32,000 bases of DNA, from the NCBI RefSeq assembly GCF_000012925.1, contig NC_007517.1:3000001-3032000 (forward strand), written 5' to 3'. How positions within the stretch are numbered: the first letter of the stretch is position 1; each line of letters begins with the position of its first letter. Made by a program: the position numbers and the translations under genes. The notes under the pieces were generated by a model. That model ran no database searches. It was given only the letters and a program-made list of their open reading frames with translations, and was not told where the DNA came from. Positions 1-7,706 of this stretch are shown here, one piece after another. Source of the stretch: Geobacter metallireducens GS-15 (GTDB taxonomy: Bacteria > Desulfobacterota > Desulfuromonadia > Geobacterales > Geobacteraceae).

Positions 1-647
1 AGCACGACTACCGGCCCCTGCGTCTTGGTGTCGCGGGTCATCCGGCTGTACATGCGCTCAGAGGACCCTCTGGACATTGTGTCGGTAATGTTGTTGGCTT
101 CGATGGCCTTGAAAAGATCTTCCAGTTTGTTGCCCGCAAGCGGCTTGCCGCCAACGCCAACTATTTGGTGTCCCTTCCTCAGTCCGGTTTTTTCGATGCC
201 GGCCCCCGGCAGGACCTGGAGCACCCAGATGCCGTCGGCCATGGCGGCAAAGGTGACCCCCGGCAGCCCCACCTTCCGCTTCAGGGCGATCAGCTCCTTC
301 ATCCGCGCCATTTCCGCCTCGACCGCGCCCCGGTCGGCCGCGTCCGGTTTCAGGGCCAGATAGGCGCGATACTCCTTGATGGCCTTGGCCGGTTTGTCCG
401 ACTCGGCGGCCAGCTGCGCCAGGTTGTAGTGGCTGTCGGGCCACGTGGGGGCCAGGGCGGCGGCCGCCTCGAACTCGGCCAGGGCGGCCAGGAAATCAGC
501 CGATTTGTCCGCCTTCTCGATCAGGGCCAGCCCCGCTTTAAAGCGCTCCTTGGCCGCGGCGGGAATCTCCTCCTGGGCCAAGGCCGGCAAAGCGGCCAGC
601 AGGCAGAGAACCGACATAATGACGAGCTGTGGCAGGGTTTTTTTCAT
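1..647 (-). CDS. Exported TPR-like + PDZ-like protein, N-terminal ~215 codons only (3' end lies beyond position 1); paralog of the 1831..2943 product
   Basis: Absent from the ORF track because its stop is outside the window. Manual minus-strand translation from ATG 647..645 stays open to the window edge: MKKTLPQLVIMSVLCLLAALPALAQEEIPAAAKERFKAGLALIEKADKSADF...RKVGLPGVTFAAMADGIWVLQVLPGAGIEKTGLRKGHQIVGVGGKPL... It has a signal peptide. By manual alignment, roughly three quarters of the first ~140 residues are identical to the 1831..2943 product. The RBS context is the same (GAAAGGATCA-N-ATG). Confidence 0.75.
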   Translation of the reverse strand, partial: MKKTLPQLVIMSVLCLLAALPALAQEEIPAAAKERFKAGLALIEKADKSADFLAALAEFEAAAALAPTWPDSHYNLAQLAAESDKPAKAIKEYRAYLALKPDAADRGAVEAEMARMKELIALKRKVGLPGVTFAAMADGIWVLQVLPGAGIEKTGLRKGHQIVGVGGKPLAGNKLEDLFKAIEANNITDTMSRGSSERMYSRMTRDTKTQGPVVV

Positions 648-690
648 GGTTTGATCCTTTCGCGGCCCAGTGGGCGGGACATCTCCGGTT

Positions 691-1818
691 TCAATCGCTG
701 TTACCGTCATTTTTGTGCATCTGCAGCGGGGTAACGACAAAGTACGGGGAGTTGTAATAATCGGCCGGACTTAAATCGATGCCGTGCTCGACCTTGGCCC
801 GGTCAGAGGATTTCGGAAGGAACTTCCCGGCATTTTTAAGCAACGCCCAGTCGGCCTCCGAACAGACCACCTCATCCTTGCCCACCACGCCGTAGTTCGT
901 ATCCCCCCACCAGCTGTTTGCTGTTTTATCGGCGTTTTTCTTGTGCATCTCCATCGCCGCCCGGAAAAGGCCTTCCCCTTCATCGTTCCGCAGCGGTTCA
1001 GCCAGCTTCCCCAGCGTTGCCACGTCCATGCCGCGGTGCCCGTACCTGTTTTGGAAATCAATTTCCGTGATAATGCGCGGCCCCTCGCCCGGCTGGTTGT
1101 CCAGGAAGAGCTTGGTGCCGTTGACCTCCTTCAGATAGATGACCGTATGGGAGGCGAATGATTTGTTCCCCCCGGTGGCGGCGTTGTCCCCCAGGGTGAT
1201 GGGGTTCACCCCCTTCAGGCGACCATCCTCCGGCTCGATAAGGAGCACGTCGCCCGACTGGAGCTGGCTGAAGGTTTTTCCCGGCAACGGCGGCACGTTC
1301 GCCATGAGGGAGCGCTGGATTGCGCCGGCGGTTTTGTTGGGCTCCTGGAGCCTCTGCTGGATAAGCTGCTGCTGTTTCTTCTCCCATGTGGCGTATTGTG
1401 TCTCGAACTCCACCTGCTCCCGTATCGCCTCGATATTCTTGTCGCCGCTTTTCGCCAGGGACAGGGTCCGTTCCAGGCGCCGCAGCACCAGTTCGGCATC
1501 ACTCTTGTTCTTCAGGCTGCGGGACTGCGACGCCTTTGCCTCAGCCAATGCCTTGCCGGCAACCGCTTCGGCCTGGGCGTTCCCCTTCTGTCGGGCGAGT
1601 CCGATAATGGTCTCCGATTTGCTGATCGAGGCGGCGCTCTTCTTGATCGCGTCATCGAATTTCCTGATTTCTGCGACGATCTTTTCCTTCGCGGTTTCAA
1701 GCTTGAAGATCTCGCCGAGCAGTGCGTTGCGGTCCGCGTCGGTCATCCGGGCGTGGGAGACGGAAACAGAGACAAACAAAACAACTACCATGGCTGAACT
1801 GACAAAGAATCGTCCCAT
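691..1818 (-). CDS. Membrane-anchored/exported coiled-coil protein with a C-terminal domain resembling permuted papain-like amidases (YiiX/C92, NlpC/P60 superfamily)
   Basis: 375-aa ORF with RBS AAGGGGA 7 nt upstream. It has an N-terminal hydrophobic anchor (FFVSSAMVVVLFVSVSV) and a ~170-aa heptad-like charged region. The C-terminal motifs appear in the permuted order GDVLLIE ... ASHTVIYL ... VVCSEADW, which matches the GD / SH(T/V)G / YCSE(V)VW order I recall from E. coli YiiX. The domain call is tentative. Confidence 0.7.
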   Translation of the reverse strand: MGRFFVSSAMVVVLFVSVSVSHARMTDADRNALLGEIFKLETAKEKIVAEIRKFDDAIKKSAASISKSETIIGLARQKGNAQAEAVAGKALAEAKASQSRSLKNKSDAELVLRRLERTLSLAKSGDKNIEAIREQVEFETQYATWEKKQQQLIQQRLQEPNKTAGAIQRSLMANVPPLPGKTFSQLQSGDVLLIEPEDGRLKGVNPITLGDNAATGGNKSFASHTVIYLKEVNGTKLFLDNQPGEGPRIITEIDFQNRYGHRGMDVATLGKLAEPLRNDEGEGLFRAAMEMHKKNADKTANSWWGDTNYGVVGKDEVVCSEADWALLKNAGKFLPKSSDRAKVEHGIDLSPADYYNSPYFVVTPLQMHKNDGNSD

Positions 1819-1830
1819 CGGGTTTTCCCC

Positions 1831-2943
1831 TTAATTGGCGGCTACGCCCTGCAAAAGCTCCGCGAGCTTCGCATTGTCGATCCTGCCGGTCGTGGTGGAA
1901 ACGGGACTTCCCCCCTTGTAGACCATCATGGCCGGAACCCCTTTGATAGCCAGCTGGCCGGCGAGCTTCCGGTTCTCATTCACGTTGACATTGACGAACT
2001 TGACCTTGCCGGCATACCTGGCGCTTTGCGCCTCCACGGCCGGGACGAAATCCTGGCAGGGGCCGCAGTCGCTCCCCCAGAAGGTCACCACCACTGGCAG
2101 TCGCTCCTTGATGACTTCATCCTCGAACTCGTCCTCTTCGATCTCGATCACGCTGGAGCGGAACATGCTCTGCTTAAAGAACAGCTTGCCGGTGTCAGTG
2201 GAACCGGGAGAGATGACGGTAAACGCGATGGCCGGCCCCGTTTCCTCCACCGCGTTGCCGGCGGCGTTTGGCTGGGTCGTCCGCATGAACTTCTGGGAGC
2301 GGATGAAGCCCATCTCCGACCTGAATCCGGCCGGTATCTGCCCCGGCTGTTTCTTTTCCTCGCTCTTGGCCGCGGCTACCTTGGCGGACTGGGTCTCAAT
2401 GGCCCGGAAAAACCCGTCCAGCTTTGCTCCCACAACCGATTCACCCTCGACGGCAAGGATCTTGTACCCTTTCCTCAAGAGGGTTTTCCCCACCCTTGAC
2501 CCGGGAGCAAGCTCCATGACCCAGATGCCGTCCGGCATGGCGGCAAAGACGACACCGGGCAGGCCGAGCTTCCGTTTCCGGGCGATCATCTCCTTCATCC
2601 GCGCAATATCCCCTTCCACCGCGGCCCGGTCCGCCGCCTCGGGGGCCAGCGCCAGGTAGGCACGGTACTCATTGATGGCCTTGGCCGGTTTGTCCGTTTC
2701 CGCCGCCACCTTTGCCAGGTTGTAGTGGATGTCGGGCCAGCGGGGAGCAAGGGCGGCGGCCGCCTCGAACTCGTCCATGGCGGCACGGAAACCGGCAGGG
2801 CTGTCCGCCTTTTCGATGATGGCGAAGCCGGCCTTGAAGCGCTCCCGAGCCGCCTCGGGAATTTCCTCCTGGGCCAGGAGAGGCGAAACGGTCAGCAGGG
2901 CGAACAGTGACGTGATGACGAGTTGGCGTATGGCTTTTTTCAT
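1831..2943 (-). CDS. Exported TPR-like / PDZ-like / thioredoxin (CGPC) fusion protein
   Basis: 370-aa ORF with signal peptide MKKAIRQLVITSLFALLTVSPLLAQ. It has a TPR-like helical N-terminus and a PDZ-like segment (GIWVMELAPGSRVGKTLLRKGYKILAVEG). The C-terminus aligns clearly to TrxA: VVVTFWGSDCGPCQDFVPAVE...YAGKVKFVNVNVNEN...IKGVPAMMVYKGG. Its ATG overlaps the stop of the upstream gene (ATGA at 2940-2943). Confidence 0.9.
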   Translation of the reverse strand: MKKAIRQLVITSLFALLTVSPLLAQEEIPEAARERFKAGFAIIEKADSPAGFRAAMDEFEAAAALAPRWPDIHYNLAKVAAETDKPAKAINEYRAYLALAPEAADRAAVEGDIARMKEMIARKRKLGLPGVVFAAMPDGIWVMELAPGSRVGKTLLRKGYKILAVEGESVVGAKLDGFFRAIETQSAKVAAAKSEEKKQPGQIPAGFRSEMGFIRSQKFMRTTQPNAAGNAVEETGPAIAFTVISPGSTDTGKLFFKQSMFRSSVIEIEEDEFEDEVIKERLPVVVTFWGSDCGPCQDFVPAVEAQSARYAGKVKFVNVNVNENRKLAGQLAIKGVPAMMVYKGGSPVSTTTGRIDNAKLAELLQGVAAN

Positions 2944-4001
2944 GGCTGTGATCCTTTCGTGGTCTGGCCGGCTTTCGGCGCCGTGGCCAGCTTGCCCACT
3001 TCGTTCAGGGCGTCGATCTCAAGTTCCAGTTTCTTGACTCCGGCATCGGCCTCGTTCTTGAGGGTGGTGGCCGTATCCAGCTCCTTCAGGGCCTGCGCCA
3101 GGAGATCGTCGGCAACCTCCTTTTCCGCTGGGGGGAGAGTCGTTGCCTGGCTCTTCAGTTCTTCGACCTTTTTCTGTTTTTCGGCCACCTGCTCGGTGGC
3201 GTTCCGCTGTTTTTCCTTTGCCTGCTCGATCATGGGGAGGCGCAGATGCACCTCCTCGATCATGGTCTGATAGAGGCCCATGCGGACTTCAACCGCACCA
3301 TCCGGCATGGGAGGCTCCGGGAACTCCTTGTCGCACCTGGCCATGGACTCCCCGGTGGGTTTCTCAGAAAACTTCCGGTATTCCTCCGCCCGTTTTTCGT
3401 CGCCGGCCGCCAGGGCCCTGGCCACCTGGCCTCCCCAGTAGGCGCTGCACCGCAACTGCCGGAAGGCATGAGAATCACGGCCGGGAGAGCTTGCGTCCAG
3501 CCCCCGTATCCCGGCCAGGAGCTTCTTCTTTTTGTCGGTGAACTCCTGTTTCTTCTGCTGTTCGTACTGGCTCTCCATCTCCCTGATCTGCTGCTCCACC
3601 TTGGCGCGCCATTCGGCCGCGGCCCGTTCCTGGGCCGCTTTCTGTTCGGCGATCTGCTGGGGGGTCGGGCCGGACTGCTGCGACGGAGAAGGGCCATTGA
3701 GCCAGTTGATGAACGCGTTGGCGGCCATGTCGGTTATGGACTGCATGATCTGCAGTTTCATCTGGTTCTTGAAGGAAAGCCCGCTCTTCGGCGACGACCC
3801 GTAGGAGCCGCCGCCGGAGGGCTGATCGCACTCAATGCGCCCTCCCCGGCAGTAACAAGGGATCCCCTGGTCCGCATAAGCCCTGGCCGAGGCCTTGCAG
3901 TCCACCTCGAAACCGGCAAGGGCGGTTTGCGGCCCTGCCGCGGCAGACAGCAACAGCAGGACGACAGGGGTAAGTCGCAGCAATGATCCCAACCGTAACA
4001 T
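2940..4001 (-). CDS. Exported protein with an N-terminal 4-Cys motif, Gly/Ser linker and long Q/E/K/R-rich coiled coil; function unknown
   Basis: 353-aa ORF with a perfect RBS (AAGGAGG) upstream of ATG 4001. Signal peptide is ...LLLLSAAAGPQTALA, followed by FEVDCKASARAYADQGIPCYCRGGRIECDQPSGGGSYG. The charged helical repeats include EQKAAQERAAAEWRAKVEQQIREMESQYEQQKKQE. Confidence 0.8.
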   Translation of the reverse strand: MLRLGSLLRLTPVVLLLLSAAAGPQTALAGFEVDCKASARAYADQGIPCYCRGGRIECDQPSGGGSYGSSPKSGLSFKNQMKLQIMQSITDMAANAFINWLNGPSPSQQSGPTPQQIAEQKAAQERAAAEWRAKVEQQIREMESQYEQQKKQEFTDKKKKLLAGIRGLDASSPGRDSHAFRQLRCSAYWGGQVARALAAGDEKRAEEYRKFSEKPTGESMARCDKEFPEPPMPDGAVEVRMGLYQTMIEEVHLRLPMIEQAKEKQRNATEQVAEKQKKVEELKSQATTLPPAEKEVADDLLAQALKELDTATTLKNEADAGVKKLELEIDALNEVGKLATAPKAGQTTKGSQP

Positions 4002-4012
4002 GATTGACCTCC

Positions 4013-4279
4013 TTACGAGATGGAGCCGGGCTGCCGGCTTGTGGCGTATGCCTCCCAGAGCCGGCTCGGGTCCGCCGCATAGAGTTCCGCATAGCCGCAG
4101 TCACCGCAGATATGGGCATGCAACTCCATGGTTTCAGCCTTCTTGAAGATGAGCGCCCCCGGTTTCCTCTCGATCTGCACAGAAAGGGTGCCGTTCGCAT
4201 ACTCACCGTCGCGGTCGATGACCCGGACATCGTGCATGATCTTGCCGGAGCCGCATTTGGGACATTTTTCGCGTTTCAT
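4013..4279 (-). CDS. Small zinc-ribbon protein (CPKC ... CGDC), no signal peptide
   Basis: 88-aa ORF with RBS GGGAGA. There are two CxxC pairs, at residues ~6-9 and ~58-61 (MKREKCPKCGSGK...HAHICGDCGYAEL). Confidence 0.7.
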   Translation of the reverse strand: MKREKCPKCGSGKIMHDVRVIDRDGEYANGTLSVQIERKPGALIFKKAETMELHAHICGDCGYAELYAADPSRLWEAYATSRQPGSIS

Positions 4280-4298
4280 GGCCGTTCTCCCTGCCGGG

Positions 4299-4643
4299 TC
4301 ATCGGGTCATAAACCAGGCCCATGCCAGAAAAACCCCCGCAAAGAACAGGAGCAACCCCCATGCCAGGAGGCTCGTCCGAGCGCGCCTGGCGGGAAGCGG
4401 CTCTCCAGCCGCATCACCCGCCAGGCGTCCGCGCAGCGCCCAGGCCGACAGCACAAATACGGCCACTCCCGCGCATCCCGCCAGGAGCGCCGGAAGGAGG
4501 CCATCCAGCGCCCCCGGCCTTCGGGTAACGATCACTACCGCCGCCGTGAACCCGATGACCGCCGCGATCCCCCCAGCCAACTTGCCGAGCATTAGCGGCA
4601 GCTGCCTCAGTTCCGCCCTGGCCTGACGCGTTATCTCTCCCAT
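4299..4643 (-). CDS. Small integral membrane protein (about three hydrophobic helices)
   Basis: 114-aa ORF with RBS GGAGGAG. Hydrophobic stretches are GGIAAVIGFTAAVVIV, LLPALLAGCAGVAVFVLSAWAL and LLAWGLLLFFAGVFLAWAWF. Confidence 0.65.
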   Translation of the reverse strand: MGEITRQARAELRQLPLMLGKLAGGIAAVIGFTAAVVIVTRRPGALDGLLPALLAGCAGVAVFVLSAWALRGRLAGDAAGEPLPARRARTSLLAWGLLLFFAGVFLAWAWFMTR

Positions 4644-4694
4644 GGTTCTCCTCCAGCCATTCAGCTGTGCGTATCAGGTTCATCCCGGCTGAAA

Positions 4695-7600
4695 CTACTT
4701 CCCTCCGCCCGCCGCAATGTCCTTGAGCCTCGTCCGCACCTCATCGGAAACGGCCTCATCGGGGTGCGCGGCCAGCCAGCGGGACAGGTTCATCTCCGCG
4801 TATCCCCAATGATCCTTGTATTCATACTCCACCAGACCACAGGTAAGCTGCAGGTCCGGCAGCCGCATCGGCTCGTCGCGCAGGAAGGTCACCCGCACCG
4901 GCATCCCCGGAGTCAGCCGGGCAACGGCAGTTAAAACCTCGTCCACATCCTTCATTCTCTGGGTGTCAAACGCCAGGATGATATCGCCGGCCTTCACCCC
5001 GGCACGCTCGGCGGGGCTTCCCGGCGCAACCGCCTGGACGTAGGCGCCCCCCTCGGCCCTTTTCAGCAGCTTCAGCCCCATCTGCGGCTTCCCCTGCCCC
5101 CCTGCCTGGGGTGGCGACATTTCGGGCACGATATCCACCTGGGCGGGGCGGTAGCCGGCCTCGGACAGCTTGAATGCCTGCACACAGTGCTTATGGACTT
5201 CATATCCCATGTCGTATTGATTCCTTGCCCTGGCCACCAGCTCCCGGACCCTCCCCAGATGGGTGCCGAGGGCCAGCTCCCGTATCGCCGGGTCCTTTGA
5301 ATCGGTGGCCGCCTCCAGGGCCGCATCGTCCTGCTCAAGGGTCCTGATCATGTCCACCGTCCCGAAGAACGACGGCCCCTCGCCAAGGAACATGAGCCGA
5401 CCCTCTCCCGCGCCGATTGAGGCGGTTTCATCCATCTGCTTTATGTAGTCATCCTTCGGGATATCGAAGTATGCCGACGTCGTCAGCTTCTTCCCCGGCC
5501 TGAGGGCGGCCCCCTTCTGCAGCAGCAGGCGCACCATGCGCCGCTGCGCAATCTTGGCCTTGGGGTCCGAACGTTCGTTGAGGGTGTTCAAGGCCACATA
5601 GATCGCGGAGCGTGTCGGGCGGTTCGGCTGCCTCTGGGCCACGGCGGTCGAAGCCCCCTTCTCCAGGAGGAGCTGCATGCATTTTTCCCGACCGGAGAAG
5701 ATGGCGCTGCCAAGAGGGGTGTACTGTCCAATCGAATCAGTCTCGTTCAGGTCTGCCCCTCGCTGGAGGAGAAGCGACAGGATTTCATCTGTGCAGATGC
5801 TGTCGCTCATTTCACTGAGGAGGCTCTGCTTGCCATAACTCATTTCATACCGGAAGTCGGCCCCGTTCTTCAGCAGAAACGCGGCAAAGTCGGCTGAATA
5901 GCTGGACACCAGCGGCGGGCCGCCAGGGAACCGCCGGACGTTGACGTTGGCGCCGCGACGCACCAGCAGTTCGGCCTTGGTCCGCCAGTCGCCAACGTAT
6001 TCGACCATGGTCAGCGGCGATTTCCCCTCCCTGTCGACTGCGTTGGGATTGGCACCCCGCTCCAGAAGCAATTGCACCGCCCGGGCGGAACCGAACTGCA
6101 CGGCTGTGGAAAGGAGCGGTTCGCCGCTCTCGGAGGTGGTGTTGGGATTGAGCCCCTGATCCAGCAGGGCAGTAAGGGTAGCCATGTCATCGTAGCTAAT
6201 GGCTTGCCAGGGGTCCGGCTGTCCGGCAAGCGTGAAGGACCACTCCCCGGCGGGGATGCCATCCACCTCTACCCGCATTCGATAGCGGCCGGGATAGCGG
6301 TTCCCGAGTTCATCGGTAAACCTGTAGTGCACCCCGCCGATCTTCCAGTGGGGAGGAGAGTAACCATTCTCTGTTTTTCCGCCGATGGCGGCAAAGAGCG
6401 GGTCATCGGAACCCTGTGTCACCTGGTAGTTGGCGCTTTTCAGCATGCCGCCGGTCGGCTCATGCCAGGAGACCGTAACCGAATGCCCCCCACGGCTTCG
6501 GGAAAGAGAGGCCTGATCGAATTCGATCCGGGCCACGATGCGCCGCACATCCTTGCGGTCGAAGCTTTCGGCGAATCCCCGGGTATTGTCGAGAGTATCG
6601 CTCTCATAGAAGCTGACGCCGGCAATGGCACAGGGAGGCGCCGCCTCGCCAGGGGCCACGGGCCTCACCGCCAGGTTGAAGCGCCTGAGGTCCGCCAGGT
6701 TGTCGAGGGCCAGCACCCCCAGGGAGGTATTGAACAGCACGTAGAGGGTATCGCCAGCCATGGCCATCCGGTGCCCATACCCCGCCGAGCGCATGATCTC
6801 CAGGGCTCCGCCCTGGCCGGCGAGGACGATCTCCCTGCCGGTGCTGACCACAAGGCCGGCCGGCGTCATGGCCAGCCCCGTCACGGATGCCGAGGGGTGG
6901 GTGTAGTAGGTGCTCTCAGCGCCGTCCTTCACGGAATAGCGGGCGACCGTTCGCCCCTTGGCCACGTAGAGGGCTTCAGCATCGCCCGTAACGGCGGTGA
7001 TGGGCTCGCCCGACTCATAGGCCAGCTCCATGTCGAGGATGCCGCCCCCCTTGAGGGAGCGGAGCAGGTAGAGAGCATGGCGACCACTTCGCGCGTCGAT
7101 GCCGGCACAGTAGACGGTTGTGCCGACGCTGGTCAGGACATCGATTTTGCGCAGGGGTACTTTCGTCACGGGCTGCAGCGCCGCATAGGGTACCCCCTTC
7201 TTGTCCAGGGTTTTCTCCCTGGGCTCGGCGAGGAGCAGCAGATCATTGCCGGCCGACAGGAGGAACACGCCGTTGGAGAGGTGGGTCATCCCTGAGATCG
7301 CGGCTTTCACGGCCACCATGAAGTTTCTGTCGGGGTAGAGCAGGTGGTATGTATCAGAATCACCGCTGAACGCCACAACGGGGGCACCTGCGGCACTGAC
7401 GCTGAAGATGGCGTCGGTTCTGGTCTTTTCCGTGGGGGGGAGCACCCATCGGGGGGCAACCTTAGCCCCCCTGAGGAACAGGAAGGTGGCCTCCGTGAAG
7501 AGGCTGGGCGCGGGCTGCCGCTCCACCGACGGCTTGGGTGCCTGAGGCGTCGGCGGCTTGGGTGCCTGCTGCGACGGTTTGGACACCTGCTGCTTGGGCG

Positions 7601-7706
7601 GCCTGGAGGCAGCCAGCCCCGGCATGCCCAGGAGCAGAGCTAAAATCTGTACCGCTGTTGCCAGCAACGCGGCTTTCCGCCTGATCATTCGCCGAACTGG
7701 ATCCAC
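4695..7706 (-). CDS. Large exported multidomain protein: Pro/Gln-rich linker, beta-rich N-terminal region, ~6-7 ankyrin repeats, C-terminal PDZ domain
   Basis: 1003-aa ORF. The GTG at 7706 is preceded by AAGGGGG. The alternative ATG at 7688 forms an ATGA overlap with the upstream stop. Signal peptide is MIRRKAALLATAVQILALLLGMPGLAAS, followed by the linker PKQQVSKPSQQAPKPPTPQAPKP. ANK repeats include GEPLLSTAVQFGSARAVQLLLERGANPNAVDREGKSPL. The PDZ segment is GAYVQAVAPGSPAERAGVKAGDIILAFD. Confidence 0.9.
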   Translation of the reverse strand: MDPVRRMIRRKAALLATAVQILALLLGMPGLAASRPPKQQVSKPSQQAPKPPTPQAPKPSVERQPAPSLFTEATFLFLRGAKVAPRWVLPPTEKTRTDAIFSVSAAGAPVVAFSGDSDTYHLLYPDRNFMVAVKAAISGMTHLSNGVFLLSAGNDLLLLAEPREKTLDKKGVPYAALQPVTKVPLRKIDVLTSVGTTVYCAGIDARSGRHALYLLRSLKGGGILDMELAYESGEPITAVTGDAEALYVAKGRTVARYSVKDGAESTYYTHPSASVTGLAMTPAGLVVSTGREIVLAGQGGALEIMRSAGYGHRMAMAGDTLYVLFNTSLGVLALDNLADLRRFNLAVRPVAPGEAAPPCAIAGVSFYESDTLDNTRGFAESFDRKDVRRIVARIEFDQASLSRSRGGHSVTVSWHEPTGGMLKSANYQVTQGSDDPLFAAIGGKTENGYSPPHWKIGGVHYRFTDELGNRYPGRYRMRVEVDGIPAGEWSFTLAGQPDPWQAISYDDMATLTALLDQGLNPNTTSESGEPLLSTAVQFGSARAVQLLLERGANPNAVDREGKSPLTMVEYVGDWRTKAELLVRRGANVNVRRFPGGPPLVSSYSADFAAFLLKNGADFRYEMSYGKQSLLSEMSDSICTDEILSLLLQRGADLNETDSIGQYTPLGSAIFSGREKCMQLLLEKGASTAVAQRQPNRPTRSAIYVALNTLNERSDPKAKIAQRRMVRLLLQKGAALRPGKKLTTSAYFDIPKDDYIKQMDETASIGAGEGRLMFLGEGPSFFGTVDMIRTLEQDDAALEAATDSKDPAIRELALGTHLGRVRELVARARNQYDMGYEVHKHCVQAFKLSEAGYRPAQVDIVPEMSPPQAGGQGKPQMGLKLLKRAEGGAYVQAVAPGSPAERAGVKAGDIILAFDTQRMKDVDEVLTAVARLTPGMPVRVTFLRDEPMRLPDLQLTCGLVEYEYKDHWGYAEMNLSRWLAAHPDEAVSDEVRTRLKDIAAGGGK

